A DNA stretch of 64,000 bases from an uncultured delta proteobacterium. GTDB lineage: Bacteria > Desulfobacterota > RBG-13-43-22. Position numbers and translations under genes: made by a program. The stretch spans positions 288,001 to 352,000 of the forward strand of contig CAVUPH010000014.1 of assembly GCA_963743305.1 (NCBI GenBank), in the 5' to 3' direction. The notes below the pieces were generated by a model. It saw nothing but the letters and a program-made list of their open reading frames with translations. It did not search any database and was not told the origin of the DNA. Of this stretch, positions 62,365-64,000 are shown piece after piece. Position 1 is the stretch's first letter. Every line of letters begins with the position of its first letter.

Positions 62365-63471
62365 TTAAGATTGGATAATAAACCGACGCATCCGAATGTT
62401 TAATAGCAGACCAATCCCGATCAGGCTGGCCAGGATGGAAGACCCGCCGTAACTGATAAAGGGGAGCGGAACCCCCACTACGGGAACAAGCCCCACCACC
62501 ATCCCGATATTGATCACTCCCTGCCAGAAAAGAATAGCCGTCACCCCCAGGGCCAAGATCATGCCGAACCGGTCCTTGGCCTGGCGGGCGGTGTTCAAAG
62601 ACCAAAGTAACAAGACCAGATACAAGGTTAGTACGAAAAACGCCCCGATAAATCCCCACTCTTCGGCCAAAACGGAAAAGGCAAAATCCGTATGCTGCTC
62701 GGGCAAGAAGCGCAGTTGACCCTGGGTTCCTTTCATAAAGCCCTTCCCCAGGAAGGCCCCTGACCCTACGGCTATTTTGGATTGCAGGATGTGATACCCG
62801 GCTCCCAGGGGATCCGCTTCAGGTTGGATAAATATCAGAATTCGTTTCTTTTGATAATCCTTCAAGAAGTACCAGAGAAAAGGAAAGGCTACCAATAGCC
62901 CCCCCAGGGAGGTCAACAGGAGCTTCCATTCCACTCCCAGGAACAAGATGATGGAAAAAGCCGCCAGCAGCAGCAACAGCGCTGTTCCCAGATCCGGCTG
63001 CTTCATGATCAAAAGGGTCGGAAACAGAACCAGGGCCAGGGGTAGGTAGAGGTCCCTAAGGCCGTAGCTAAACGGTTTCTCATTTTGGGAAAAGTACTTG
63101 GCCAGGGCCAGAATCAAAGCGATCTTAACCAGTTCCGAGGGTTGGAAGGAAAAGGAGGCGATGGTGAACCAGCGCTGAGACCCGGAAATGCTTCGACCGA
63201 ATAACAGGACCCCCAGCAATAAGGCCACCGAAACCCCATATAACGGGTAGGCCAGAGAAAGCAATAGGTGGTAGTCGAAAACCACCACCACAATCAGGAA
63301 AAGGAGCCCGATGGCCGCCCAATAAATCTGTTTCATATAGATGGGGGTTTTCAGCCCCTCTTCTACCTGATAAGTGGCCGAATAGATATTGAGGACCCCG
63401 ATAAAAATCAAAGTCAGGGCGAACAAAATCAGATACCAATCAAAATTTTGGATTAATCGTCGGTCAATCAA
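62365..63471 (-). CDS. rodA: Rod shape-determining SEDS protein RodA
   Basis: Motifs QPSELVK, QPDLGT, LPEQHTDF and LPFISYGGSS; follows mrdA. Confidence 0.96.
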   Translation of the reverse strand: MIDRRLIQNFDWYLILFALTLIFIGVLNIYSATYQVEEGLKTPIYMKQIYWAAIGLLFLIVVVVFDYHLLLSLAYPLYGVSVALLLGVLLFGRSISGSQRWFTIASFSFQPSELVKIALILALAKYFSQNEKPFSYGLRDLYLPLALVLFPTLLIMKQPDLGTALLLLLAAFSIILFLGVEWKLLLTSLGGLLVAFPFLWYFLKDYQKKRILIFIQPEADPLGAGYHILQSKIAVGSGAFLGKGFMKGTQGQLRFLPEQHTDFAFSVLAEEWGFIGAFFVLTLYLVLLLWSLNTARQAKDRFGMILALGVTAILFWQGVINIGMVVGLVPVVGVPLPFISYGGSSILASLIGIGLLLNIRMRRFIIQS

Positions 63472-63567
63472 GGATAACCTCGCCAGGTTAATTCCAATGG
63501 TTCCACTAGTTCCCCTAACCGGGACTTATTCGCCCTCTTTTTGTTGACGGACTTTCCCGTAAGATCG

Positions 63568-64000
63568 TCAATCCGTAGGGTTCTCGACCACCGGCTCCGA
63601 GACATCCGTTCCCTCCGCCTTGGGAAGGGCCGCAGCCCTGGGCGCCAGAGCAAAAAAAGCCTCGAAGATTTTGCGGGCGATCGGGGCCGCCGCCTCTCCT
63701 CCGTGGCCCCCGTGTTCCACCACAACGGCCACTGCGATTTCAGGGGATTCCAGAGGGGCAAAAGCGACGAACCAGGCATGGTCGCGGCTGCTGCCCCCGA
63801 CCGCCTTTTTACCTAAAGTCACCACCTGGGCCGTTCCGGTCTTTCCGGCGGCAATAATGCCCGGTAACCGGCAGGCCGCCCCGGTACCACCCGGTTCATT
63901 GACCACTCCGGCCAGTCCTTGGCGGACCAGCTTGAGGGACTCCGCACTGACCTTTGCCTGTTGAATCAGTTGGGGTGGGTATTCCCCCAGCACCACTCCC
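63568..64000 (-). CDS. mrdA: Penicillin-binding protein 2, C-terminal part (runs off window)
   Basis: Motifs AGKTGTAQ, DHAWFVAFAP and VVEHGGHG. Confidence 0.92.
   Translation of the reverse strand, partial: GVVLGEYPPQLIQQAKVSAESLKLVRQGLAGVVNEPGGTGAACRLPGIIAAGKTGTAQVVTLGKKAVGGSSRDHAWFVAFAPLESPEIAVAVVVEHGGHGGEAAAPIARKIFEAFFALAPRAAALPKAEGTDVSEPVVENPTD

Overview
64 kb of GC-rich bacterial chromosome, most likely Desulfobacterota (deltaproteobacterial): the mrdA-rodA-atpF'FHAGDC order, with atpIBE absent, is typical of that group. In order, the window holds tamA-tamB, a 12-repeat secreted NHL protein, an mscS-DUF5752-treT-TPS/TPP-tspO osmostress operon and repair/RNA-modification genes. Next come a Cys-rich small ORF ahead of a DUF2318-MacB/FtsX-type ABC system and a ~4.7 kb tandem duplication carrying two divergent ~1300-aa secreted HExxH metallopeptidases. 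These are followed by barnase-barstar and several intact or decayed toxin-antitoxin pairs, an Mre11/Rad50-like pair, an integrase-less run of three integron-like cassettes, an atypical Hsp70, livKHMGF, queE-queC and the ATP synthase genes. Intergenic spaces carry several palindromic MITE/REP-like elements, some of which supply stop codons or ribosome-binding sites to neighbouring genes. Many genes are broken by 1-4 bp indels, probably long-read sequencing errors. I saw no rRNA, tRNA, CRISPR array, transposase, integrase or reverse transcriptase. All family assignments come from motifs recognised by eye, not from database searches.
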